Shown here: piece after piece, positions 26,496 to 38,500 of the stretch
Layout: every line of letters begins with the position of its first letter
Position numbering within the stretch: position 1 is the stretch's first letter
Origin: Takakia lepidozioides
Lineage: Eukaryota; Plantae; Bryophyta
NCBI GenBank assembly: GCA_030704615.1
Contig: CM060732.1
Span: 1,550,001-1,614,000, forward strand
Length of the DNA stretch: 64,000 nt
Direction of reading: 5' to 3'
Position numbers and translations under genes: made by a program
Notes under the pieces: model-generated
Database searches by the model: none
Told to the model about the DNA's origin: nothing
The model's input: only the letters and a program-made list of their open reading frames with translations

Positions 26496-27597
26496 GTTTA
26501 CACTACTGGCCTGCTACTGTGACTTGGAGCATACCAAGCAGCAATGTAGGAGGTCGTATGGTAACCCAGCCATTGGGCTCTAGGCCATGTATGTTGTTTA
26601 ATGCAGGCCCTCTGTTTTTCTGGATTTCCTTTCAGTCTGTGATAGACAAATACCATGCTGAGATAGGCACAGATTGCCCCCAGAACTAAACCAAGCTCTG
26701 GGACTAAAGACTAAACATGTAATGTCTAAATCTGGATAACAGGCTGATTAACAATCTGGTTATGGCCCTACTATACATGTTGTGTTACTAAAAATGACCA
26801 TTGTTGGCTTTACTGATTTAACTAGGACCAAGTAACACAGTAGTGAGGTTTTTCTTGGAACCCAGACAATATGTTTAAAGCCTTTTAAGACATCAGAGTT
26901 TCAAATTATGCAGCCCAGATGTATCTCTATGTACTTACATGGATGCTTTGTGATTTTATAAGCACTTTGCTAGGGTATGTGTATGCTGTACCCAGACTGA
27001 AACCAGGCTATGGAACATAATACAATTCCTATGTTATGTTCCCTGTTTACAATACTGGCCTGCTACTGTGACTTGGAGCATACCAAGCAGCAATGTAGGA
27101 GATCGTATGGTATCCCAGCCATTGGGCTCTTGGCCATGTATGATGTTTAATGCAGGCCCTTTGTTTTTTTGGATTTCCTTTCAGTCTGTGATAGACAAAT
27201 ACCCTGCTGAGATTGCCACAGATTGCCCCCAGAACTAAACCAGGCTCTGGGAATAAAGACAAAACATGTAATGTCTAAATCTGGATAACAGGCTGATTAA
27301 CAATTTGGTTATAGCTCTACTCTACATGTTGTGTTAAAATGACCCTTGCTGGCATTACTGATTTGGCTTGTACCAAGTAACACAGTAGTGAGGTCTTTGT
27401 TGGAACCCAGACAATCTGTCTAAAACCTTGTAAGACATCAGGGTTTAAACTTATGCAGCCCAGATGTATCTCTATGTACTTATATGGATGCTTTGTGATT
27501 TTATAAACACTTTGCTAGGGCATGTGTATGTTGTACCCAGACTGAAACCAGGCTATGGAACATAATACAATAACCTCTGTTATGTTCCCTGTTTACA
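26496..27597. repeat. Direct tandem duplication with a ~549 bp unit
   Basis: gtttaca.tactggcctgctactgtgacttggagc...tatgttccctgtttaca starts at 26496 and again at 27045. Confidence 0.92.
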
Positions 27598-28118
27598 TGG
27601 TGCTTAGAAATATCTGCAAAATTACAATGTAACCATGGGTGATAAATTTTAGCAATCTTAAGATTTGCTTTCCTGCTCTGCACAATGGTAAAAGTAGCAA
27701 TATGTATAACTGCTTGCTACTCAACACCTTGTTACCACATTTATACAATGGCCCTAGACCTAAACTAGGTCTTGGGGCAAAAAAACAAGGTATGAGGTCA
27801 TACCCCTTATGTGTAAATGGTTCACAATTTGTCTAATGCTTTGATATGGCCATAAGATTACATAAAAACTAGAACTTCATTTTCAGAGTGTTAATGTAAT
27901 CATGGGGAGTAATGTTAGCAGGATAAACAAGTTTTTCCTGCTATGAACAGGCTATTGTTAGAACTGAAAGCATACCCAGACATGTGATACATGATTGGGT
28001 CCCTATTTGGACAAACATTCTAATGAAGCATGTACTGAAGCGGATTTTTATATAATCCCACCCCCCCACCCAGAGATTTCATGAACCGTGACATTTGTTA
28101 TATGTCATCAGACTGGTT

Positions 28119-28376
28119 TATGAATGAAGAGTGATTGATAGTGCCTCGTTACGAGGCTGATTTGTCGTAAAAATTGACAAAGACCTTGTTTGGTCTTGTC
28201 CATGTCTCGACAAGACATTTTAACTTCCCTCTCTTTTGTGCTTCTTAAAAAAAAAAAAACAAGAGAGGGAAGATACTATGTCTTGTCAAGACATGGACAA
28301 GACCTGACTAGGTCATTGTCAAATTAAAGACAAATCAGCCTCATAACAAGGCATTATCAACCACACTTCATTCATA
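28119..28376. repeat. Foldback / long imperfect inverted repeat (MITE-like)
   Basis: Left arm tatgaatgaag.gtg.ttgata.tgcct.gtta.gaggctgatttgtc...cttccctctctt is the reverse complement of the right arm. Short A/T loop. Confidence 0.85.
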
Positions 28377-29261
28377 TGTCAGCTTTAAGACAAATCCCAT
28401 ACTTCAAAGACAAATGAAATCTCTGTAACAATTGTTCAAGTGTCATTCATGATGCTGCAATCAGTATTTTTTTGGTCAGCTTATTAGGGGCACTTCTTTG
28501 CATAAAAGATCATCACCAAAGCATGGTTACATACTGATTTTTGGCAGCTTATACGACAAGGTATAATCATCTGCCTTGCTTAGCATATCAAGTTACTTAT
28601 AGACACCATGCTTGTCTCCCCATGATCTGTTTTAGATCTGGGGTTGGTGTGTAAATTCAATGACAGGGTAGAGTAACATTCCCGCATTTAATTCCAAAGC
28701 CCAAGATCAAATACTATGTCTGGGTACCTAGGGAAAACATTACCATGATAGGCTGTAATCAGATTTACATGCCATGCAATGGAATGAAAATTCCGGCGGT
28801 AGATAGGTGCACTGCAACAGTACACACAAGCCTGCCCAAATTTGACAGGTAAATTCCAAAATGGGATGATCAGATGTATACTTAGATGAAATTTCCGGTT
28901 ATTCCCAATTCGGGCTATCAGTGGCCAAACCTGTCTGCCTTTTCCGGCACGTTTTCCAGGTCACGTCCCTTACAACCCCCCGACATGAAAGGCTTCCCTG
29001 CAAGCCGTCGCGGGTGCACCCGGCTTGCCTTTCTAAGAGTCCGTAACATTTTCACAGCCCAACTGCCAAGTACCAACCACCTTCACGTGAACAGTGGATG
29101 CGCTGAGAACCTTTACCACTATTTGCAGATACCAATGCACAAAGAATCTGATTTGCTCATCCCATCAGGCCTGCAGGCTACTTTTAACTTAAACTCCAGC
29201 AGATTTGTGCCGCTCACGCTTCCCTGAAGCGTGAGCTCAGCTCACGCTTTGCAGCTACAAC

Positions 29262-30580
29262 GTGAGCTCAGCTCCCAGGCTCACGGGGCTGGGCTCACGC
29301 CATAGCTACGCTGCTTGGGGTGGTGAGCTCTTGGAGGGCAATAGCCATGCAAAAGATAGCCCACCACCTGATGAGGACAAACAATTGGCATACAAGGCTG
29401 AGTTGCTTCCTCATGTGCATGTGCATAGCTCATTGTGGGGTATAGTTGGGGATTTGCAACGAGTGACAAGCCAGTGTGTGCAGCAAGCATGGCAGGAGGC
29501 CTTTCCATTGGTGGGTGAGGGGAGTTCAGTGACATCACTTGGACCTCCTCAGTTAGCTCCATTGGACACAGTGCCTATTATCTAGCAACCACTTGATTCA
29601 GGCAATTGTTTGCTGGACCTGTTTAGAGGCATGAGCACTGGGCTTGCAGGAGTGTTGCAAGTAGGAATCAAAGTACACAAGTACTTATATCTGGAGAAGG
29701 ATGAGATTGCTCGGCGTGTTTCCATGTGCCATGTTGCCTTGCTCACACATCAGTATTTTGAGTTGTTGTCGCTCTCAGCAATTCAAGGGTACCAAAAGGC
29801 CTTGTCAGCAGACATTATCATGCTGGGGGCGGAGGATTTGGATCGGCATGGTCCCAGTGACTTGGTGATAGCAAGGTGGCCTTGCCAAGGATATTCTCCC
29901 GCAGGTCATGGTAATGGTTTGCATGATGCACGATCGCATCTATTTTGGGAGATGTTGCGAGTGTTGCGTGACTTGCAGGTGAGGCAAGTGCAACCTCCAA
30001 CTTACATCCTGGAGAATGTTCCTCTCATGGGGGATTCTCGGGCCAGGGTTATGGCCAGTGTGCATCAGATCCGGTCATGGATTGGACCAGCCGTATTGTT
30101 GGATGCAGCTGCAGTGGATTCACAGGCACATAGGCCTAGGTTGTGGTGGACCAATCTTGCACCTGGGTCAGAGTTGCTCAAGAGAGCCTATGATTCCATT
30201 CAACGGTCACCCAACCTCAAGGTTGAGGGCATTTTGGACCAAGGGAGGCAACCACAGGAGTGCGACATGATGATCGTCCACCTTTGGCGGTGGTCAATCG
30301 ACTGGGGCAACCACGTGCGGCCTCTACTACACTCATGAGTTTTCCCTCGTCTCATGCTTTTCGAGACAATGGTCCAAGGTTGATTAGGGACAATGCGTTA
30401 CAGCAATTGGTGGAGCCTAGTGCGGATGAGCGAGAGCGGACAATGGGGTTTGCCACGGGCACTACAGCTATGTCGGCTCTGTCAAAGGCATCACGACGTC
30501 AGGTGTTGGGTTAGGCAATGGATCTCAATTGCTTGACATGGATCATTGGCTTGTGCATGGCTGAGCAACGGAGATTGTAA
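29262..30580 (+). pseudogene. Intronless cytosine-5 DNA methyltransferase relic (retrotransposon-borne type)
   Basis: Motif I LLDLFRG, IV DLVIARWPCQG, VI YILENV, VIII AHRPRLWWTNL, IX ERERTMGF, X RRQVLG*AMDLN, in canonical order. One frameshift near 30258; stops at 29583 and 30512. Confidence 0.88.
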
Positions 30581-30616
30581 GCAAGACTTTAGTGACAGAT
30601 TGAGTCCCATGGAATA

Positions 30617-33040
30617 GACCATCTACCCATGTAGGTTGCTTGTAGCTATTGATCCACAAGGAATCATAGGTAATTTTGTGCTTGAAATTCGGCCTTCTTG
30701 GATGAATCTGGACCCACACTCTATCTCTGCTCCTTCAGCTATCCATGCCTCTGCACAAATCATGCATTCATCCTTGCCTTGCTGCTAGTAGCTGACAAAG
30801 ACAGCCTACATTTGTTCTAGGAAACCCCCAACTCAGCTTATCACCCTAGTTCCTAGGCTGAATTGCGTCTGCTACTCTCTGAAATGTAACAGACATTCAC
30901 CTTTTTGCCTTGGTTGTCCCATCCTTGACTGGGGTCAGAAAAGTATTCATTCCACAGCTTCTCCTCATCTCTGTTACTTGTTTCTTGATACTTTCATGTT
31001 GTCACATTGGCAGTATCATGTCAAAGTCACTCCAAACTAGATTCACTCAACCAGCTAACTTGCAGAATTCAACATGGAAATTTAGGGCCGAATCTGATAA
31101 GAGGGAAAAACAGGGTGAAATTTGCTGGAGAAGATGCCTTCATTAGCAATGTCTGATTTTATCAATTGTGCCGCTGCTGCCAGTTGACCATCTACCCATG
31201 CAGGTTTCTTGTAGCTATTGATCCACAGGGAATCATAGTTAACCTGGAGCTTGAAGTCCGGCCCAAGAATCTGCACCCACACTCTATCCCTGCTCCTTTA
31301 GCTATCCACGCCTCTGCACAAATCATGCATACATCTTTGCCTTGCTGCTAGCAGCTGACAATGACAACCTATATTTGTTAGATAGGAAGCATCCAACTCA
31401 GCTTATCACACTAGTTCCTATGCTCAATTGCATCTGCTACTCTCTATCAAGCATTCATCTTCTTGCCTCGATTGTCCCACCATTGATTGGGGTCAGAAAA
31501 GTATTCATTCCACAGCTTCTCCTCATCTCTGTTACCTGTTTCTGGATACTGAGCTGCTCTTCTACCTACCTAAGCATTAGTACAATGATCTTACCTCGAG
31601 AAGCTGAACTCATATTTCTTCTGATCGTGAAGCTCTTTGCTGGTAGCAGCAGTCTTCAAGACAATAGCTGACCATGCTCCCGCAAGGTTGTGTTTTCCAG
31701 CTTGCAAACTGCCAGCAAATCCATAGTATCTGTGCGCACGTACTCAAAGACATCAATCTGGGGAAAACATCATCAACTTTCATGACTACAAGATGCACAC
31801 AGTCAAGGTGAAACCTTCTTACAAATCCAAAGAGGGTCCATAAAACACAGGTCCAACACACGTAGGCAAGCCACAGACAATACTGCGCTGTTTGCAAATG
31901 CCTATCAAACAAAGCAAAATGAACCAGCAAGAAAGTGAATGGAAGGGCACGTTTAGGAAGCGTCTGCAAGCTTCATTTGGCCCATACAACTTGGCCTCAC
32001 ACAAGAAGCACCAGATTGCTTGTGCTGCCCTTCACCCAACCATTCCATGCTTGTCAGCCCCCTTTACATACTTGAGTTCTCCAGCAAAACTATGAAACAA
32101 GTTATTGTCTTCCTTTCTTTGCGATTGAAAATGGGCGAGCTCATCTGTGAGTGTACAAGGTTGGAAACTTAGTCACTTCACTAGTAACCTGTCGTATAAC
32201 CATCCAACGAGTGGCATTTGTGCGTATTACCCAATGAGTGGCTGCATAAATCTTTTAAATGAAAGGTGTCTAAATGTAGGGATCATAACTACACACAAAT
32301 GCAGGGAAGTGTGCTTGCTTCTTCTGTATCATTGGGGTTGACTGCAACATTGTCTCTGAACTGCGTGGCCCCTTCTTCAAATCTGCAGCACAAATTGGCT
32401 ATATTCATTGAACCCGACGATGTCTTCATGGAAAGCCAGGCTACTGACTGCACTGGTGGTGTTTCCTGGTAATAACTAACCAGGAATGTGTTTTGAAGCT
32501 ACTCAACCCTTCATTAGTGCCAATGATAGTCGTATTATCAGTGAGGTAACACAGTTCTAGAATTCAGTAGTGTTTTAAGGCGAAGACGCCAATACATAGC
32601 AGCATCAGAGGTAGGGTTGCCACACTCTTGTCCATCCATTTTGGCCCTTTTGTGTCACATTGGCAGTATCATATCGAAGTCACTCCAAACTATCAAGGGT
32701 TCACTCAACCAGCTAACTTGCAGAATTCAGACATGAATAATTAGGGCCGATTATGATAAGAGGGAAAAACAGGGTGAAATGTGTTGAAGAAGGTGCCTTC
32801 ATTAGCAATGCCTGATTTTATCAATTGTGCCACTGTTGATGTGGATTCCAGTTGACAATCTGTTTCTTGTACTTGTCCTTCCACAGGGAACGATAGGTAA
32901 TCTGGAGCTTGAAACCCGGCCCTCTTGGATGAATCTGGACCCACACTCTATCCCTGCTCCTTCAGCTATCCATGCCTATGCACAAATCATGCATACATCT
33001 TTGCCTTGCTGCTAGCAGCTGACAATGACAGCCTAGATAC
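30617..33040. repeat. Three further copies of the PPR 5'/N-terminal module, one interrupted by a ~1.1 kb insertion (31551-32648)
   Basis: Same core as 14810-15700, seen at ~30617, ~31083 and ~32743. Confidence 0.82.
31951..32382 (-). pseudogene. Two-exon fragment of a TPR (NlpI-like) plant gene
   Basis: Exon 32319-32382 encodes FEEGATQFRDNVAVNPNDTEE and exon ~31951-32018 encodes AIWCFLCEAKLYGPNEACRRFLN. Together they match the conserved FEEGAEQFR.DVAQNPNDTEESIWCF.CEA motif of a plant/cyanobacterial TPR family. Flanking exons are absent. Confidence 0.72.
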
Positions 33041-33409
33041 GTATGAGTAATATCAGATACCCTAAGTTAATTGACTCTATATCTCACCCTATCAAACAGG
33101 ATAAGTCCTGGCGGAAGAGGGAAGAAGAGATTTTCAAGGATCTGAATCTAAGTCCGCAAGTCTTGACCCTGCTGGATAACTCTGACTTACAGGCTACAGT
33201 GTCCAAAGCCAAGTCTATTGCCATGAATTTTTTTGATGAAAATGGTAGAAAGCTTCCCTGAACTTCTTTCCAGTCTGTGACATAGGGGAGGACATCATGG
33301 ACGACCTCAAGGGTTTACCCACTCTCGGCACTACAATGAAATTCAAACTCAGGTCAGGAAGCCTACCTTTGAATAGCAAACAGATGCACAGAGGAAAGGG
33401 GGATTGCAA

Positions 33410-35505
33410 ATGACAATGTCAGCATGGACCTCTTTGCCCTTTTCCAGAGCTGCCAGGCTTGCACATGCATTGCAAATGCACACAGACATTTTGTGGTCGG
33501 GCTTCACCCCTTCCCCCATCATTTGATCATAAAACACCAAGAGAACACCAAAGCCTTCATCCCACGTCCTTGCTGTGCATACCCTGCAAGCATCGCGTTC
33601 CACGACACCACATCTTGTTCAGCCATAGTGTCCCTTCGCATCCTCGATGCACCCACATTTTGCATACATGTCCACCAACGTATTGTTCAGAATGACATTT
33701 GGTACAATTCCAGCTTTGAAGATGTTGCCATGGACCTCTTTCCCCTTTTCCAGAGCTGCCAGGGCAGTGTTCATAATGACCTTTGGTACAATTCCAGCTT
33801 TGATGATACCCCATGCACCTCTTTGCCCTTGTCACGCACCCACAATTTGGGTATGATGTCCACTAGGGTATGGTTCAGAATGACATTTGGTACAATTCCA
33901 GCTTTGAAGATGTTGCCATGGACCTCTTTCCCCTTTCCCAGAGCTGCCAGGGCAGTGTTCAGAATGACATTTGGTACAATTCCAGCTTTGATGATACCCC
34001 ATGCACCTCTTTGCCCTTATCCAGGGCTCGATGCACCCACAATTTGGGTCTGATGTCCACCAGGGTATGGTTCAGAATGACATTTGGTACAAGATGTCGC
34101 CATGGACCTCTTTCCCCTTTTCCAGAGCTGCCAGGGCAGTGTTCATAATGACATTTGGTACAATTCCAGCTTTGATGATACCCCATGCACCTCTTTGCCC
34201 TTGTCATGCACCCATAATTTGGGTCTGATGTCCACCAGGGTATGGTTCAGAATGACATTTGGTACAATTCCAGCTCTGAAGATGTCGCCATGGACCTCTT
34301 TCCCCTTTTCTAGAGCTGCCAGGGCAGTGTTCAGAATGACATTTGGTACAATTCTAGTTTTGATGATATCCCCATGCACCTCTTTGCCCTTGTCCAGGGC
34401 TGCCAGGCTTGCACAAGCATTGCAAATGCACACAAACATGATGTGGCCAGGCTACCCCTTCCCCCATCATTTGATCATAGGTCTCCAAAGCCTCCATGCC
34501 ACGTCCCTGTTGTGCATACCCTGCAAGCATCGCACTCCACGACACCACATCTCGTTCAACCATAGTGTCGAAAACTCCCTTTGCATCCTCGATGCATCCA
34601 CATTTGGCATACATGTCCAGGTCAGGGCAGTGTTCAGAATGACATCTGGTGCAATTCCTGCTTTGACCGATGTCACCATGGACCTCTTTCCCCTTTTCCA
34701 GGCTTGCACACGCATTGCAAACACCAACTAACGTGATGTGGTTGGGCTTCACCCCTTCGCGCATCATTTGCTCACAGGTCTCCAAAGCATTCGTACCACG
34801 CCCATGCTTGGTAATCCTGCCAACATTATATTCCACGTGATCGTTGAGGCATTCTGTGTTGAACACTTGGTGATCATCCATCATGCTCCCCTTAAACATA
34901 CATGTTGACAAGGGTGTTGAGTAGAAAATCGTTCGGCGTGAATCCACTTTGGACAATGTGAGTGTGCACCTGCTTTCCAGCTTCCAGGCCTTTCATCTTG
35001 ATGCACTTATGCAAGAGACACACATACGTATCTACATCTGCTGAAATGCCTCCTTGGTTTAAAGTCTGTAGAGCCTCTTTCACTCTACCTGCCTCATAAA
35101 GCATCTTCACATGCCCATAAGTGGCAGAAGAGGCATTGTGGACTCCCTCTCTTGATCCTCTTCCAGAAGTTGTGGTCATGGTTGAGGTGTCTGATTTTAT
35201 CAACTGTGCCGCTACAGCTATCCTTCCACAGGGAACCATAGGTAATCTAGAGCTTGAAATCCGACCCTCTTGGATGAATATGGACCCACACTCTATCCTG
35301 CTCCTTCAGCTATCACTGGCTTTGCACAAATCATGCATACATCCTTGCCTTGCTGCCAATGCGATCATCGCACTCCACGCTCGTTGAGCCACAGTCGAAC
35401 ACTACCTTCGCATCTTCAATGCTCTCGCATTCGGCATACATGTCCACCAGGGCGGTGTTCAGAATGGCAAACCCTACAATTCCAGCTTTCACGATGTCAC
35501 CCTTC
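33410..35505 (-). pseudogene. PLS-class PPR pseudogene cluster 2 (N-terminal part, no E/DYW), paralogous to cluster 1
   Basis: N-terminus HVKMLYEAGRVKEALQTLNQGGISADVDTYVCLLHKC... followed by the same PPR units. Frameshifts and internal tandem amplification. Confidence 0.9.
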
Positions 35506-38500
35506 CATGTCACTTCCAGGTGGAGGCAGTACATATTAAAATATGCAAGCCCCCAAGGCCAGATTTTGTTTGCCTGTTCTTGTGAAACACACGTCAGCAA
35601 ATGTGCCCCCGAATCACGGGTGCAATCAATGCGCAGTGGTTCATGGAGTCGTTGAGTTGACTACATATTCACTTTAATGAATAAATATCTTTATTCCATT
35701 AATCGAATTAGGAATGAAAATTTCTAGTCGCATGTGCAGTAATTAGAACCACTTGTAATTTCCGTTTTTTCAAATTCTATGTATTTACACATGTAATTAA
35801 ATAGACCGGATTTTTGTTACTACTCCGGAGTCGTTGACCCCACTTCTGTCCGCTGTATGAAATGCCCCCGTGGGGTTGACCCCACTTCTGTCCGCTGTAT
35901 GAAATGCCCCCGTGGGCCCACATTGTCCGTTTCGACTCTCCAGTAGTCCCGTTTACTACCAAGTGGTTTCCGGAGTGGTTGGCGGACACCCAGTCGATTC
36001 GAAAAAGACACGAATGCTTCTAGTGTATGTTGTGGCACGATGCTTAGGTGCACGACAATTTCAAAAGAAAGGGGGGGGGGGAGGAGATAAATGATAACGA
36101 CGGCTAAGTGCGAGTGCCAAGAGGGCATGGCAGCTTAAGCCACGATTTGGCAATGGCGGGGTAGTGGTTGACCTTTCACTACCAAGGCCACAAAGGAGAA
36201 ACGGCTAAATGCTCAACACTTAGCAGCAGAGTAGACTGGCACCACTACCACGAGTAGCAATAGTGAGCAGTGTAGTGACCGTGGGTCGTGAACCACGATA
36301 TCACACGACCGCGGTCCAGCAGGGGAGCATAGGCTTTACTAGGCTTAGTAGTTTAGTGGTCGTGAGCCACTATGACCCACTATGACGCAGGACCACGCGG
36401 GCCACTAACACGGGCCACTTTCACGGGCCACTTTTTTGTTAACCTTTCAAGGTTGCATAGGTAGTTAAGCAACTGTCATCATCGACCTTAGGCTGTAAAA
36501 CGGCTCTTTAAGCATTAGTATAAAAAGGTTGCACGCAACTTAGTAGCCATCAGTGAACTGTACTTGTGCTATGATGTGAGACTGATTGAGGAATGATTCT
36601 GAAGTAAAGCCATGGTTTTCTAGCACTTCTGTGTAGAGCAAATGTGAGGGAGAGCTTTTGTGTCATTATTTGCACGGCCAGGACTTAGTCGCAGCTATGA
36701 GCAGATAGCTTAGCCTAAGCCCCGGCCACCATTGAATGAATCCGGAATGCAGATGGCGACGGAGCGGAGGACTCGACAATAAAGGGAGTGATGATTTGTG
36801 GAACTATAGTGTTCCAGCCCACCACTAACGATTACCATGTAATCGTTCTGCAGACATACTGTCGGACAACCTCTGTTGGGTACTTAGGGACATGGGCTGT
36901 ACTGATGGAAGCCCATTTCGCTCAAGTCACCAGTCAGAGGTTAACAATGTCTGGCACCCAAGGCCGGCACACAGGGCCTGGAGACCAAGTAGAACAAGAG
37001 ATGACTCTTAGACCATAGTGGGAATCCAACTCATGAACAGAGAGGGCCAACCCCTTCTCAGCCCTCGCGGTCTTGATCCAAAAAGCAATACGGATAGTGG
37101 GAGCGTCTTCCCACGTCCATGACAACACAAAGTGATCAGGTAGGCGATCAAGTGCCTCAAGAACCCGCGAACAGATAACTCGCTGGTCTTCAAAGTGGGG
37201 ACCCGACAGAATGATCACATCAGAAGCTTGCCTGAGTAAACTATCACCGAAAGCCCGTCAATCAAATATGAGGAAGTCGGTATAACCCGACACGTCTGAT
37301 GATGAAATCAAAGCACCCGAAGGATCAAAGCACCCAAGCCTCTGAGTCCCAAGGACAACCAGATATCTTCCACCAAGTCGGAAATGATCCGGTTCTGCTG
37401 AGTACGTTCTCCGGACAGTGGAAGACGAAGACCCAACTCCTGCCAAGACAAGGCTCGATGATGTAGAAATCGAGTCTTAAAAACTCCCTGAGACAGTCGT
37501 GGGGTGTTCCACAAATCAACAACTTGCCTAGTTTAGCAACGAGCCTGCTCTGCTACTCGGACAGGATCAGAATTTGGACAAGTGAGAACCGACTCATGAT
37601 ACTTGGTGAGGTATGAAGCATAAAAAACAACCGTCCTTTCTACCTTGCAAACCAGAAACGATCAGCGGAAAGTAGGTCACACAAGGAAGCATCAAACTCC
37701 TAAGATCTCTCAATCTCTCTTTCAAACTCTTGCTCACATTGTCTAGGATCAAGATAGTCAGGTCCCGGGTCATGAAAGTTGTCAAAGTTATAGTATTTAG
37801 GATCGTAACTAACCAGAGACTGGGTGACCGCTCGCTCCTCAACGTCCAGGCCTCAGCAACTAAAATGTTGTCATAATCACTGTGAACAGGAGACGACAGT
37901 CTAACAACGGGACTCTGAGGGTCAGTGCTTGGCTCAATGACAAGGGGCTCAGCAGAGGCAACAATGCCAAGCTGTTCGGCAGCAACGCCCGAAGAAGAAT
38001 GCAAGGTTAAAGAAAGATCAAGCTTCACCCTAAAGCACTCCCCGTCTCTACTTGCAACACACCTAGAGACCACTGCCGAAGCCATAACATGCAACAAAAG
38101 CAAGACAAGCAAGGTGACAATGAGAAAACAGAGCAGTGAGCAAGAATGAGGCAAGGTGGCTGGCTGCCATCTCTAAAAACACTGCTTAGCGCCCAAATCA
38201 CCCGCGCAACACCTAAAACGCCCCACAGCCCCGGTCAGTATCAGCGATGAACAAGGACACATACTACGCGAGACTCCACAACATTTTGTGCGTGAGAGGA
38301 TATGCTCATGTCCTTTCCTAGATGTCACTTTGTCAGGGCCATGAACAAGAAGAGCCAGCTCTGCGGACGAGAAGGGATCTTGCGCGTAGAGGAAGTCTGA
38401 CACACACTGACACACAGTCCCGAGCTACACGGCGTGCACATCCAACACCATGTTACACGGAAAATACACTCTTTCATCAAAAGACCCCCAATCCAAGGTC

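Noticed and set aside
33043-33409. Short plus-strand ORF MSNIRYPKL... between PPR modules
   Set aside because: It looks like an inserted fragment, but no family could be recognised and it is too short to call.
33660-34390. CRISPR-like regularly spaced repeats
   Set aside because: The spacers are themselves repeated and translate as PPR fragments. The context is eukaryotic and there are no cas genes.
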